Notes: generated by a model not told the origin, from the sequence alone. DNA of 64,000 bases from a candidate division TM6 bacterium GW2011_GWF2_28_16 (GCA_001029715.1 CP011212.1:259407-323406), one strand, 5' to 3'; positions 38,261-49,383 are shown, numbered from the stretch's first letter. A program made the numbers and translations.

Positions 38261-39895
38261 TTGTTTTTACCTAAACGGAAGGTAGACATGTCATTTTTTA
38301 GTAATTTATCAACGCTGTTTTCAGCTGAGGATGAGGCCAAGCGAAAAGCTAAAATTTCTTTTCCAAGAGCTCAACAGCCACAAGCTAAGCCAGTTAAACA
38401 ATTTAATAAGCCAGTAAAACAGGCTAAGCCAACTCCGGTTATGCAAGCTGAGGCTTCTTCTATTATAGAAAAAGCCAAGCAGGAGGCAGAATCTTTAATT
38501 CGCGATGCTCACTCTAAAGCTAGAGAAATCATTGTTGAAGCAAAAGATGAGTCTTTAGAAATTCGTTCCAAAATTGAAAAAGAAACTCGTCGTGTTGAGC
38601 AAGAATTAGCTAACCAACAAAGAGAGTTACAAAATAAGTTAGATAAGATTGATTTTCGTTTTGAGCAAACCGCTCAAAAGGAAGAACGCATAGATCAACT
38701 TAAAAAAGAGTTGGAAGATCAAAGAGTAACTTTAGAAAAATCTAAGGCTAAAACCTTGGAAAAATTAGAAGAAATTTCTGGCTATTCTAAAGATAAGGCC
38801 AAAGAAATTTTATTTGAAGGTCTTGAGAAAAAATACAGCCGTGATTTAGCAAAAATGGTGGCAGAAAAAGAAGAAGCCGCCAAGCTAGATGCTGATGAGA
38901 AAGCTCAAGAAATCATAATCGATGCCATGCGTCATGGTGCTACTGATTATGTTGCTGAATATACTGTTTCAGTTATTAATATTCCTTCAGAGGAAATTAA
39001 AGGTAAAATTATTGGTAGAAACGGTCGTAATATTCACTCTTTTGAAAGTTGCACTGGTGTAGATGTTGATCTTGATTCCTCACCTACAGAGATCAAACTT
39101 TCAAGTTTCGATCCAGTTCGTCGCGAAATTGCTCGTGTTTCTATGGAACGCTTAATCAAAGATGGTCGTATCCAGCCAGCTAGAATTGAAGAAATTGTTG
39201 CCAAAGTTGAACAAGAAATTGACAGAATTACCTTTGATGCTGGTAAAAAATTAGCTCATGAAGTTGGTGCTTATAATATTCCTAACGGCTTAATTTCTAT
39301 GCTGGGTCGTTTTAAATATCGTTTTTCTTACGGTCAGAATATGATTAAACACACCATCGAAGAAACCAAGATGGGTATTAATATTGCTAATGAATTGAAA
39401 TTAGATATTAATGTAGTTAGACTTGGTTGTTTATTACATGATATAGGTAAGGTTTCAGGCAATCATGATGAGAGTCATGTCCAAGCTGGTGTGCGCATTG
39501 CCAAACAATTTGGTATGCCTCAAGCTGTTATAGATTGTATTGCTCAACATCACGAAGATGAACCTTTTTCTAGCCCAGAATCCATGGCTACTTATATAGC
39601 TGATGCTATTTCTGGTGCCAGACCTGGCGCACGTTATGAGAATCACGAGGATTACGTCAAAAGATTATCCGATTTAGAAACGATTGCTATGTCTTATGAA
39701 GAAGTTAAACAGGCTTATGCTATCCAAGCTGGTCGTGAACTCAGAGTGCTTTTGTTGCCGGAGAAGAGCAAAGATGATGACGTGACAATTTTAGCCAATA
39801 AAATTCGCGATCGCGTGCAAAAAGAAGTCATGGTTCCGGGTAGTGTCACAGTTACCGTTATCCGTGAATTTCGTGAGCAAGCAATCACTAAATAA
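38261..39895 (+). CDS. rny: ribonuclease Y
   Basis: N-terminal coiled-coil, KH domain (IGRNGRNI), HD domain (LLHDIGK; HHE). Confidence 0.9.
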   Translation: MFLPKRKVDMSFFSNLSTLFSAEDEAKRKAKISFPRAQQPQAKPVKQFNKPVKQAKPTPVMQAEASSIIEKAKQEAESLIRDAHSKAREIIVEAKDESLEIRSKIEKETRRVEQELANQQRELQNKLDKIDFRFEQTAQKEERIDQLKKELEDQRVTLEKSKAKTLEKLEEISGYSKDKAKEILFEGLEKKYSRDLAKMVAEKEEAAKLDADEKAQEIIIDAMRHGATDYVAEYTVSVINIPSEEIKGKIIGRNGRNIHSFESCTGVDVDLDSSPTEIKLSSFDPVRREIARVSMERLIKDGRIQPARIEEIVAKVEQEIDRITFDAGKKLAHEVGAYNIPNGLISMLGRFKYRFSYGQNMIKHTIEETKMGINIANELKLDINVVRLGCLLHDIGKVSGNHDESHVQAGVRIAKQFGMPQAVIDCIAQHHEDEPFSSPESMATYIADAISGARPGARYENHEDYVKRLSDLETIAMSYEEVKQAYAIQAGRELRVLLLPEKSKDDDVTILANKIRDRVQKEVMVPGSVTVTVIREFREQAITK

Positions 39896-39912
39896 GGTAA
39901 AATTAAAAAGAT

Positions 39913-40128
39913 ATGAATAGCTTTTTATTAGCCAGTCAACTTTTTGTTTCAATAATTTTAGCTAGCTTAGTGCTTCTGCAGCCTGGTTCTAGTGGTGGCG
40001 GGAGTTTATTTAGTGGCTCTGGTGAAACTTATCACACTCGCAAAGGAGTGGAAAAATTGCTTTATTACATTACCATCTTTTTCTTGGTTCTCTTCGTGGC
40101 CAATTCAATTGCTCTTTTATTGATTTAA
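39913..40128 (+). CDS. secG: preprotein translocase subunit SecG
   Basis: 71 aa, two TM flanking the Gly-rich LLQPGSSGGGSLFSGSG loop. Confidence 0.75.
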   Translation: MNSFLLASQLFVSIILASLVLLQPGSSGGGSLFSGSGETYHTRKGVEKLLYYITIFFLVLFVANSIALLLI

Positions 40129-40137
40129 AAACAGAAA

Positions 40138-41538
40138 ATGCGTAAATTATATTGGTACATCAGTAGTTATGTGCGTAAACATGGTTGGATCTTCCTTGGT
40201 TCAATTGCCATAGCTCTCTTGTTTTTTTCTTTCTTATTACCTTTGGTCAATAAAAAATTAGCTTTAAAAAAAAGTACTTATATTGCCATTGTTGGTGAAT
40301 ATACTCTAAATGACCTGCCGAAGCCGATTAAAAATCAGCTCAGTGCCGGTCTAACTAAAATTGGTACCGACTTGCAAGCAGAACCATTATTGGCTGACAG
40401 ATGGGTAGTAGAAGATGATGGCAAGCAATATCGTTTTGTTTTAAAAAAAGAAGTTAAATGGCAGGATGGTCAGGCTTTAAAACCAGAAGATATTTATTAC
40501 AATTTTTCTGACGTACAAACGATTAGTACACCTAATGAAGTAATCTTTACTTTGCCAGAGGCCTTTTCTCCTTTTCCTGTTTCTGTGTCTGAGCCAATTT
40601 TTAAGACAGAGTGGCAAAAGAAAATTTTTTTTCCAGATAAAATGAAAATTATTGGTATTGGTCAATATAAAATGCTTGATTACAAGCTAAAAGGCAATAA
40701 TTTGAGTGAGTTTAAAATTGATGGTCCAGATGCTAGATATATTTATCGTTTTTACTTGACTGAAAATGAAGCAGTTAATGCTTTTAAAAAAGGCGAGATA
40801 GACGTGCTTCTAAATATTTCTAATTGCTATGATTTATGCGATTGGTCTAAGTTAGAAATGGCCAAAGAATTAGCTTATGACCGTTATTTAGCAGTTTTCT
40901 TTAATAATACAGATCCACTTTTAACTAAAAATGTTCGTCAAGCTCTTTCTTATATTTTGCTAAAAGATTATGGGAATGCTAGGGCTATAGGTCCAATTAA
41001 TCCCAATTCTTGGGCTTATTTGCAAGGAGGTAAGGATTATGGCAAAGATTATGATCGCGCTATTGAAAGATTGATGGATGATATGCCCAGAAATCCTCTT
41101 AATTTTGAATTGACCACTAGTTCAAATTTTATCGATGAGGCAGAAATGATGAAAAAAGAATGGCAGGATTTTTCATCTTTTGCTCTTGAAAAATGCCAAG
41201 TTAATAAAGCCATTCAAGATAAAAATTTGTGTCAAAACTTAGACATTAAAATTAATATTAAAATTAGTAATTTTCCAGATTTAGCTAATTATCAACTTTT
41301 ACTTATTGGTCAAGAATCTTCGATTGATCCTGATCAATACTTTATGTGGCATTCATCTCAGCCAACTAATTTTACTCATTATAAAAATACCAGAATAGAT
41401 AGTTTATTAGAAAAAGGTCGTAAATCTTTAGACTTTGAAGAACGCAAAACTATTTATCAGGAGTTCCAGCAATTTTTGCTAGAAGATCCTCCGGCAATTT
41501 TTCTTAGATATCTAGATAATTATTCGATTGCTCGCTAG
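40138..41538 (+). CDS. membrane-anchored solute-binding protein, family 5 (peptide/nickel SBP-like); orphan
   Basis: N-terminal TM; AEPLLADRWVVEDDGKQYRFVLKKEVKWQDGQALKPEDI block typical of SBP_bac_5. No adjacent permease or ATPase genes. Confidence 0.55.
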   Translation: MRKLYWYISSYVRKHGWIFLGSIAIALLFFSFLLPLVNKKLALKKSTYIAIVGEYTLNDLPKPIKNQLSAGLTKIGTDLQAEPLLADRWVVEDDGKQYRFVLKKEVKWQDGQALKPEDIYYNFSDVQTISTPNEVIFTLPEAFSPFPVSVSEPIFKTEWQKKIFFPDKMKIIGIGQYKMLDYKLKGNNLSEFKIDGPDARYIYRFYLTENEAVNAFKKGEIDVLLNISNCYDLCDWSKLEMAKELAYDRYLAVFFNNTDPLLTKNVRQALSYILLKDYGNARAIGPINPNSWAYLQGGKDYGKDYDRAIERLMDDMPRNPLNFELTTSSNFIDEAEMMKKEWQDFSSFALEKCQVNKAIQDKNLCQNLDIKINIKISNFPDLANYQLLLIGQESSIDPDQYFMWHSSQPTNFTHYKNTRIDSLLEKGRKSLDFEERKTIYQEFQQFLLEDPPAIFLRYLDNYSIAR

Positions 41539-41562
41539 TCACACTTCTTGTAATTTGGCTCA

Positions 41563-43296
41563 TTGATAATAGAGCTAATGAAAAAGTATTTTTTATTTTT
41601 AATTAGTTTCGTACTTTTATTTAATATTGCGCCAGCACGAGCACAAAGAATTTTTAGCGATGATTTTTCAGGAAATTTAGAAAAGTGGCAGCTAGTAAAT
41701 GGCGACATAAGCTATTGGCAAATTAGCAATCAAGCTTTATATGCAACCATTACTCAATCAAGAAAATTAAGTACCATTGTGCCAAAAGATGAGTTTTGGC
41801 AAGGAATGGATGAATACACAGTTGATTTTATTTTCAAGGTTTTTGATGATACTGATAAAAATTTTGTAGTTGGGATGAGAGATGCGGCTAATTTTTATGA
41901 TTTTCATTTTTATAGCAATAAATTAATCGTAGAAGATATTCGTAACGGTTTTTCTATACATAATGCAATGGTGCCTTTTGCATTGGAACTGAATCGAGAT
42001 TATTCAGTTCATATTTCTTATACTAAAGAAAAAATTGAGTTACTTATTGATGGCGAAAAAGTTTTTAATACTACTGAAAATTGGGCGCCACCTATTTATG
42101 GAGGGAAATTTGGCTTAAAAATTGCCACAGGCGGAGTGGCTCATTCCAGAGCTTTCTTCAATCAAGTTGAGGTTAAAGAAATTAATTCTAAGGATGTTTT
42201 ATTCAAACAAGATGATCCACTTTGGGCAATGGCTATTTATGATCATGCCGATATTTGGACTGATCATCCAGAAATGAGCAATTGGGCTTGTGCTCTTAGT
42301 TCAGCAGCGATGCTAATTCGAGCATACGGCTATCAATTTTTACCAAGTGGTGATGAGATTAATCCACTCTCACTCAACCGGTGGTTAATTGAACAAGGTG
42401 ATGGCTATATTGCAGAGGGCTTAGTTAATTGGTTAGCAATTAGTCGTTTATCAAGAATATTGAGTGAGCAAAGTGCCGATGTTTTACCTAAATTAGAATT
42501 TACTTACTTCAATGGAAGCGAAGAAGAAAACCTAAATGTTTTAAGAGAAAATTTAGTTGAAACTACTGGGCAAATTGCTGCTAGTGCTAATCATTTTTTT
42601 CTAGTTAAAGAATATCTTGAAAATTTACATGATTTTTCCATTAAGGATCCGCTTTATGGTCAGCTTTTGCTTTCAGAAAAAACAGAAAAAATTGTTTCTC
42701 TGCGTCTTTTTCAGCCAAGTTTTACTGACCTTAGCTATTTGCTATTGGTTTTACCAAAAGAATTTAATTTTTCTTTGACCACTGAGAATGGCGATGCAAT
42801 TGAGGACTTACAAAGTGTCGAAGAAGAAATTGTTGGGGAATTGGGAACGATTGGTCAAGATTATAAGCTAATTTATTATGCTAAACCTGAATCAGTTAAA
42901 CTAAATCTGTTTTTAAATACTTTTAATTTTAATAAGGAATTGCTAGACAAGGTAAAACTTTTCATTTATCAAAATGATGGTGATTTTCAGCTTATCAGCT
43001 TAAGTGATCTAATTGGCGAAGTGAAAAATTTTGATGAAGTTGATCAGTTTTTATTGAAGATAGATTATTCAAAAGAAGAAGAAAGCATTGTTAATTTAGA
43101 AATAATTGAAAAAACCGTTGATGAACAAAAGCAAAATACTCTCAATCAATTAGCTGTTCAATCAAATGAAGACTTTGAAAGTGGCAAACTTAGTTTTTAT
43201 CTTTTTTATCAGCTCAACTTATTAATTGATTCCTTGCGAGAGCATTTAGATTATTTTTTCTTACTCCAGAAGTTTTTAGATTTTCATAAGCTATAA
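41563..43296 (+). CDS. hypothetical secreted protein (N-terminal lectin/LamG-like region and possible C39-like peptidase region)
   Basis: Signal peptide; WACALSSAAMLIRAYGY Cys-containing block. Weak assignment. Confidence 0.45.
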   Translation: MIIELMKKYFLFLISFVLLFNIAPARAQRIFSDDFSGNLEKWQLVNGDISYWQISNQALYATITQSRKLSTIVPKDEFWQGMDEYTVDFIFKVFDDTDKNFVVGMRDAANFYDFHFYSNKLIVEDIRNGFSIHNAMVPFALELNRDYSVHISYTKEKIELLIDGEKVFNTTENWAPPIYGGKFGLKIATGGVAHSRAFFNQVEVKEINSKDVLFKQDDPLWAMAIYDHADIWTDHPEMSNWACALSSAAMLIRAYGYQFLPSGDEINPLSLNRWLIEQGDGYIAEGLVNWLAISRLSRILSEQSADVLPKLEFTYFNGSEEENLNVLRENLVETTGQIAASANHFFLVKEYLENLHDFSIKDPLYGQLLLSEKTEKIVSLRLFQPSFTDLSYLLLVLPKEFNFSLTTENGDAIEDLQSVEEEIVGELGTIGQDYKLIYYAKPESVKLNLFLNTFNFNKELLDKVKLFIYQNDGDFQLISLSDLIGEVKNFDEVDQFLLKIDYSKEEESIVNLEIIEKTVDEQKQNTLNQLAVQSNEDFESGKLSFYLFYQLNLLIDSLREHLDYFFLLQKFLDFHKL

Positions 43297-43304
43297 TTAG
43301 AGCT

Positions 43305-44393
43305 ATGAATTTTTGGCAAAAAATATTAGCAGAGAAAAAGATGATTTTAGCCTTATCGCCGATGGATGGGGTGACTGATTTTCCTTTTCGCGCAATTAAT
43401 AAAAAGTATGGCCAAGCTGATTTGATTTTCACAGAATTTGCTAGTGTCGAAGGTGTTTGCCGTAGCACTTCTACTAAAATTTTAAATCATTTTGATTTCA
43501 ATGATGCTCAGCGTCCATTAGTGGCGCAAGTTTTTGGTAAAACTCCGGCTTTTTTTAAGCAAGCTGCAGTCCTACTTTGCGAGCTAGGGGTTGATGGAAT
43601 TGATATCAATATGGGTTGTCCAGCGCCAACTGTTGCCAATCATGGTTCTGGAGCAGCTATTATAAAAAATCCAGAATTAGCAAAAGAGCTTATTAGAGTA
43701 GTTCAAGAAGGAATTGCAGAATGGAAAAATGGTTTGGAGTTAAAAGATTGCCCAGATATTTCTCCTAAGACTGTTATGGCGGTCGCAGATAAGAAAAAGA
43801 ATTTCGCATTGCCAGATATTGATCGCAAAAAAATTCCAACTGTTTCTGTTAAAACCAGAATTGGTTTTGATCATGAGGAAATAGATACCTGGCTTCCGCA
43901 CTTGCTAGGAATGCGGCTCGTCGCTATTTCTCTACACGGGCGCACTCTCAAACAAGGCTACTCCGGCAAGGCCGATTGGTCAGTTATCGGGCGAGCCGCA
44001 GCACTTATCAAAAAAGAAGATCCCTCAGTTGTTTTTCTTGGTAATGGTGACGTGACAGATTATGAAGAAGCAATGGAAAAAGTTAAGCAATATAACTTAG
44101 ATGGTGTATTAATTGGTCGAGCTAGTTTTGGTCAGCCTTTTATTTTCCTGCCAAAGGCAGAACGAGAAAAAGCTTTGGCAGAAAAAAACATTTTTAAAAT
44201 TGCTTTGGAACACGCCAAGCTATTTGAAGCTACTTATCCTGAGAGCGAGGGCTATAAATTTTTACCAATGCGTAAACATTTGGCATGGTACACTAAAGGC
44301 GTGGAACAAGCAGCTTTGATTAGATCTGAATTAGTGCGTAGCAATAATTCCTTAGAAGTAGAAGCAGTTCTACGTAAATACAAATTGATTTAA
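43305..44393 (+). CDS. dus: tRNA-dihydrouridine synthase
   Basis: LSPMDGVTDFPFR N-terminal motif; TIM-barrel Dus family length. Confidence 0.85.
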   Translation: MNFWQKILAEKKMILALSPMDGVTDFPFRAINKKYGQADLIFTEFASVEGVCRSTSTKILNHFDFNDAQRPLVAQVFGKTPAFFKQAAVLLCELGVDGIDINMGCPAPTVANHGSGAAIIKNPELAKELIRVVQEGIAEWKNGLELKDCPDISPKTVMAVADKKKNFALPDIDRKKIPTVSVKTRIGFDHEEIDTWLPHLLGMRLVAISLHGRTLKQGYSGKADWSVIGRAAALIKKEDPSVVFLGNGDVTDYEEAMEKVKQYNLDGVLIGRASFGQPFIFLPKAEREKALAEKNIFKIALEHAKLFEATYPESEGYKFLPMRKHLAWYTKGVEQAALIRSELVRSNNSLEVEAVLRKYKLI

Positions 44394-44402
44394 ATCAAAA
44401 AA

Positions 44403-47400
44403 ATGACTAATTTTGAAGAAGCCTATCAGAGTCTTAATTCTCTGCAAAAAGCAGCTGTTGATCATATTGAGCAGGGGCCACTGCTCTTGATTGCTGGTCC
44501 AGGTACTGGTAAAACTCAAGTTCTTTCTCTGCGTATCGCCAATATTTTGAAACAAACCGATGCCAGACCAGATACAATTTTAGCTCTAACTTTCACTGAA
44601 GCTGCCGCTAAAAACATGCGCGAGCGTTTACTGACCATTATTGGTAAAGATGCTTATTACGTTAATATCAGTACTTTTCACTCTTTTTGTCGTCAGGTTA
44701 TTGCTGAACATGGTGAGTATTTTCCTTTACCGAGGGAAAGTGAACATCTTAATGACTTAGATCGCTATCAGCTTTTTGAACAATTATTAGATGAGCTAAA
44801 GCCAGAGCATTTGCGACCAATCAACGATCAATATTATTATGTTAATGACATTATCAAAGCCATTTCTGATTTAAAGAGAGAAGGTATTTCTGTTTTACAA
44901 TTTGAAGAAATGTTGCGCGCTGAAGAGCAAGATCTTTTGGAGTTCAAAGAAAGCAGTAAAAATAAAACTAAAATTGCTAGCTTTGAGAAAAAAGTTGCTA
45001 AGAATAAGAATTTACTTTTACTCTATCAAGCTTATCAGGATCATCTTCGTCAATCTTTGCGTTTTGATTATGATGACATGATTAATTTTGTAGTTGATGC
45101 TTTCAGTGAGAATGAACTTTTACTTCGTGAATATCAAGAAAATTTACACTATTTTTTGGTGGATGAATATCAAGATACTAACTCTGCTCAGAATAAACTA
45201 ATTGATTTACTTGTTTCTTATTGGGAGGAAAAAGAAGGCATGGCCGATCTTTTTGCCGTTGGCGATCCGAATCAAGCGATTTATCGTTTTCAAGGTGCTT
45301 CAGTGGAGAATGTTTTGGCTTTTACGCGTAGTTATCCCAATGCTACAGTGATTACTTTAGACACTGCCTATCGTTGTCCGCAAAATATTTATGATTTGGC
45401 GACGCAAATCATCTCTTACAATAAACTTTCAAAGTTAAGCAATAGTGATGAGAAAATCCAATTGGTGACGAAGCTAAAAAGTCCTAAAGGTGATGGTGAA
45501 AAAATTAAATTTTTTAAATCCCCTTCACAAATTTTAGAAGCAGTGGCAGTGGTTGAAGAAATAAACAAACTTAAAAAAGCTGAAGTTCCTTTTGCTGAAA
45601 TTGCTGTTTTATATCGCAACCATTCCGATGCCAATGATTTAATTGAGGCTTTAGAGAAATGGGGTATTCCTTATCAATTAAGCAAAGGCAATGATGTTTT
45701 ACAAAATCAGCACATTGATGAATTACTTATCTTAATGACCCTGATTACTAAGATTAGAGAGGCTCAGGAAGCAGATTTATTATATAGAGCGATGACTTTT
45801 TCTTGGCTAGGTTTAGATTCTGCTGTAGTGATGAAATTGGGTCGAGTGGCCGGTAAAATAAGAATAGACCTTTATGATTTAATAGGCAGAGGTCTTAAAT
45901 TCATTAATCAAGAATTAAAAGATCAAGAAATTACTGAAGAAGAATTTAATATTATTTTGGCTTTCATAGATAAACTCAAGGATTTTTCCAAAAAAGATCA
46001 GTCTTTAACTTTTAATCATTTTTTTGAAGAATTAATTAGTGATAAAGGTTTTGGTTTTTTGACTTTTATCAAAAACTTAGCAGATGGTTTTGAGCAAATT
46101 ACTATTCTCAATGCGCTCTTTGCAGAAGTTAAATCTATGCTTGCCAAAGATCATCAGTTACATTTGGAATCTTTTCTCAGCCAAATTAATGTCTATAAAA
46201 ATCATAATATTAAAATTCAAAGTAAAAATTTACTGAATAATCAGGATGCAGTTTTCCTTTCAACGGTTCACAGTGCCAAAGGCATGGAATGGGAGCATGT
46301 TTTTTTGATTAATTTAGTTGATAAAAAGTGGGGCAATAAAAGAGATAATAATAAAATAAAATTGCCGGCTGGGATTATCAAAAATACTGATATATCTGAA
46401 AAAGAACGCAATGAAGATGATCGTCGTCTTTTTTATGTAGCCTTAAGTCGTGCTAAAACGCAACTTCATCTAAGCTATCCAGAAAAAATTATTGAAAACA
46501 ATCAAAGCAGTGATAAGTTTCCGTCAATCTTTTTAGAGGAACTGAAAGAAATTGAAGTGAATTTGCAGAAGCAATTTTTGGAAACTGAGCTTAAACAGGA
46601 AATTTTAGATAATGTTGAAATTCATCTGAGTAGATTAATGTCTCCAGCACCAGTTCGTTCTTTTGTGAATAGCGAACGTGAGTTTCTAAATTCTTTAGTC
46701 AAAGACTTTCAATTATCAGTTACGGCTCTTAATACTTATTTACGCGATCCGCAAGAATTTTTAGAAAATAATTTACTGAGAATTCCTCGTGCCAAAGAAA
46801 CCTTTATGTCTTTTGGAACAGCTGTCCACGTTTCTTTAGAGCGATTCTACAAGTTGGAAAAGCAAACTAAAGAAATTCCGAAATTAGAATTTTTGCTAAA
46901 AGAATTTGGAGTGGCGTTGCAAAAAGAAATTTTGAATGCAAGTGATTTAGCTGATCAGCTTAAACATGGCCAAGAAATTTTGACGAGTTATTATAATGAT
47001 CGTTTAATTGTGCCAGTTAATGTTTTTGATGTGGAAAGAAGTTTCGGTGGAGGACGTAGGATAATGTTGGGAGACATCCAACTTTCTGGAAAAATTGATC
47101 GCATTGATTTGATTGATGCAGAGCGTGGGCTTTTAGCTGTTTATGATTACAAAACTGGCAAGCCAAAAACTCGTGGAGGAATTGAAGCGACTAGTAAAAC
47201 TTATCAAAAAGATTTTTCAGAACGTGAGCTTAATTTACCAGAAACAATTCGCGGACCATATAAGCGCCAATTAATTTTTTATAAAATTCTTCTAGGTTTA
47301 GACAGAACAATTAATCCAAATTGGCAAGTTAGCGAAGCTATTTTTGAATTTGTTGAACCTAAAGAAAAAGGCAGTGATAAACACATTGCTCAATCCTATT

Positions 47401-47501
47401 CAATTACTGATGAAGAAGTAGCTGATCTAAAACAATTGATTAAAGAAGTGATGAAAGAAATTCGTTCACTTAGTTTTCTTGATACAATTCTTTTAAAGTA
47501 A
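44403..47501 (+). CDS. UvrD/AddA-type helicase with C-terminal PD-(D/E)XK nuclease domain
   Basis: Walker A AGPGTGKT; UvrD motifs. C-terminal nuclease DRIDLIDAE...VYDYKTGK. Confidence 0.85.
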   Translation: MTNFEEAYQSLNSLQKAAVDHIEQGPLLLIAGPGTGKTQVLSLRIANILKQTDARPDTILALTFTEAAAKNMRERLLTIIGKDAYYVNISTFHSFCRQVIAEHGEYFPLPRESEHLNDLDRYQLFEQLLDELKPEHLRPINDQYYYVNDIIKAISDLKREGISVLQFEEMLRAEEQDLLEFKESSKNKTKIASFEKKVAKNKNLLLLYQAYQDHLRQSLRFDYDDMINFVVDAFSENELLLREYQENLHYFLVDEYQDTNSAQNKLIDLLVSYWEEKEGMADLFAVGDPNQAIYRFQGASVENVLAFTRSYPNATVITLDTAYRCPQNIYDLATQIISYNKLSKLSNSDEKIQLVTKLKSPKGDGEKIKFFKSPSQILEAVAVVEEINKLKKAEVPFAEIAVLYRNHSDANDLIEALEKWGIPYQLSKGNDVLQNQHIDELLILMTLITKIREAQEADLLYRAMTFSWLGLDSAVVMKLGRVAGKIRIDLYDLIGRGLKFINQELKDQEITEEEFNIILAFIDKLKDFSKKDQSLTFNHFFEELISDKGFGFLTFIKNLADGFEQITILNALFAEVKSMLAKDHQLHLESFLSQINVYKNHNIKIQSKNLLNNQDAVFLSTVHSAKGMEWEHVFLINLVDKKWGNKRDNNKIKLPAGIIKNTDISEKERNEDDRRLFYVALSRAKTQLHLSYPEKIIENNQSSDKFPSIFLEELKEIEVNLQKQFLETELKQEILDNVEIHLSRLMSPAPVRSFVNSEREFLNSLVKDFQLSVTALNTYLRDPQEFLENNLLRIPRAKETFMSFGTAVHVSLERFYKLEKQTKEIPKLEFLLKEFGVALQKEILNASDLADQLKHGQEILTSYYNDRLIVPVNVFDVERSFGGGRRIMLGDIQLSGKIDRIDLIDAERGLLAVYDYKTGKPKTRGGIEATSKTYQKDFSERELNLPETIRGPYKRQLIFYKILLGLDRTINPNWQVSEAIFEFVEPKEKGSDKHIAQSYSITDEEVADLKQLIKEVMKEIRSLSFLDTILLK

Positions 47502-48078
47502 TGCTATCGATATCTCTTTGTGAGATGATTAATTCTTCTTTTGGAAAAGGCCACTGAATATTTAAATCTGGATCAAAAATAGAAACGGCCAAATCATCTT
47601 TTTTATCTCTTTCATGATAAAGCATATCGACGCCATAGAGATAGTGCATTGGACCTTCTACTGCACAGACGGAATTACCAATTTTTTTAGTGATATAAAG
47701 AGACTCACCCCATTCATTGTTAGGGTCGGCGATAAAATCAAAATATTCAACGTTTTTATAAGTTGGTGAATCATTGCGGACATCAGCTAAAGCACAAAAA
47801 GCGTGACCCTCTACTATGGTAATTAATTTATTCCAGCCTTCGGTGTGAATGCCCCTAGCGATTTTGCTTCTGGAAACTGATAAATTAACTTGTTTAATTT
47901 GAAAGTTTGGATTAATGCCCGCAGCCTTAATTCTTTCTGGTTCTAGAATTTGTGAAAAAAATCCGCGGTCATCAATGAACTTTTTATATTTAATATAATA
48001 AAGACCATCAATGTTGGTTTTAAAAATATTTTCTGCAATTTCTAATTCTTTTTTTGGACTGTAGTAGTTGATTGCCAT
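47470..48078 (-). CDS. dTDP-4-dehydrorhamnose 3,5-epimerase-like cupin (RmlC family)
   Basis: RGIHTEGWNKLITIVEGHAFCALADVRNDSPTY matches the RmlC RGLHFQ...VDLR..SPTFG block. Start set at the ATG at 48078. No rmlABD genes nearby. Confidence 0.6.
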   Translation of the reverse strand: MAINYYSPKKELEIAENIFKTNIDGLYYIKYKKFIDDRGFFSQILEPERIKAAGINPNFQIKQVNLSVSRSKIARGIHTEGWNKLITIVEGHAFCALADVRNDSPTYKNVEYFDFIADPNNEWGESLYITKKIGNSVCAVEGPMHYLYGVDMLYHERDKKDDLAVSIFDPDLNIQWPFPKEELIISQRDIDSITLKELYQEN

Positions 48079-48174
48079 AATGGTTTTTAGTCTAACACAA
48101 GACGCACATTTTATTAAGTCATGACTTTCTATCTTCAAAAATTCGCCAATGCATGTAAAATTGACAAACAAACT

Positions 48175-49383
48175 ATGTCAGATTCTTATACCCCGCCACA
48201 AAATATCATTGATAAATATGCGCATGTTTTAGTTAACTTCGCGCTTAATTCTGGAACAGGTGTTAAAAGAGGTGAGGTGGTGCAATGTATTGTTCCCGAT
48301 GTAGCTAAACCCATGGCTTTGGCGCTCCAAAATACTTTGTTAAAAGCTGGAGCTCATCCAGTGATTCGCTTAATTCCATCTGGTTTTGATCGTGATTTTT
48401 ACAATTTAGCTAGTGACGAACAATTGGGCTTTTTTCCAAGAAAATTTTTGAAAGCTCGTGCTGATTTAATTGATCATCAAATTGGTATCATTGCAGAATC
48501 AGATCCCATGGAATTATCAGAGGTTGATCCGCGCAAGATTATGTTAATGCGTAACAGTCAAAAACCCTATCGTGATTGGTTGGTGACCAAAGAAAACCGT
48601 AATTTATTTACTTGGACTTTGGCACTGTGGGGTATGCCAGCCAAAGCCAAAGAAGTTGGTTTGAGCCTTGAAGATTATTGGCAACAGATTATTAAAGCTT
48701 GTTTCTTGGATGAAGCAGATCCAGTGGCTAAATGGCGAGAAGTTTTTACCATGCAAGAAGATATTAAGAAAAAGTTAAATGACATGCGCATCCAATATGT
48801 TATCGTCAAAGGTGAAGACGTAGACTTAACTGTTAAAATTGGTGCAGATCGCATTTGGCAAGGTGGTAGCGGGCGCAATATTCCTAGTTTTGAAATTTTT
48901 ACTTCTCCTGATTGGCGAGGAGTCGATGGATGGATTCGCTTTAATGAGCCGCTTTATCGTTACGGCAATGTCATTAGAGACATTTATTTGCGAGTAGAAC
49001 ATGGACTCATAGTGGAAGCTAAAGCTAAAACTGGCAACAAGTTTTTGCAAGCAATGTTAGAAACTAAAAATGCTAATAAGTTCGGTGAATTTTCCATGAC
49101 CGACAAGCGTATGTCTCACATCACTCATCCAATGGCAGAAACTTTATTTGATGAAAATATTGGTGGTCGTTTTGGTAATTCGCATTTAGCGATTGGCATG
49201 GCTTATAAAGATTGTTACCGTGGTAATCCAGATGCTGTCAAAGCAAATCAGTGGAAAGCAATGGGTTTTAATGACAGTGCTGAACACACCGACATGATGA
49301 CTACAACCGATCGCAGTGTGACTGCGGTTTTGGCAGATGGTAAAGAAGTTTTGATTTATGAAGATGGTCAATTTGTAGTTTAA
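48175..49383 (+). CDS. M29 family aminopeptidase (AmpS/PepS-like)
   Basis: FGEFSMTDKRMSHITHPMAETLFDENIGGRFGNSHLAIG. Start at 48175 (MSDSYTPP), which is the typical M29 N-terminus. Confidence 0.8.
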   Translation: MSDSYTPPQNIIDKYAHVLVNFALNSGTGVKRGEVVQCIVPDVAKPMALALQNTLLKAGAHPVIRLIPSGFDRDFYNLASDEQLGFFPRKFLKARADLIDHQIGIIAESDPMELSEVDPRKIMLMRNSQKPYRDWLVTKENRNLFTWTLALWGMPAKAKEVGLSLEDYWQQIIKACFLDEADPVAKWREVFTMQEDIKKKLNDMRIQYVIVKGEDVDLTVKIGADRIWQGGSGRNIPSFEIFTSPDWRGVDGWIRFNEPLYRYGNVIRDIYLRVEHGLIVEAKAKTGNKFLQAMLETKNANKFGEFSMTDKRMSHITHPMAETLFDENIGGRFGNSHLAIGMAYKDCYRGNPDAVKANQWKAMGFNDSAEHTDMMTTTDRSVTAVLADGKEVLIYEDGQFVV

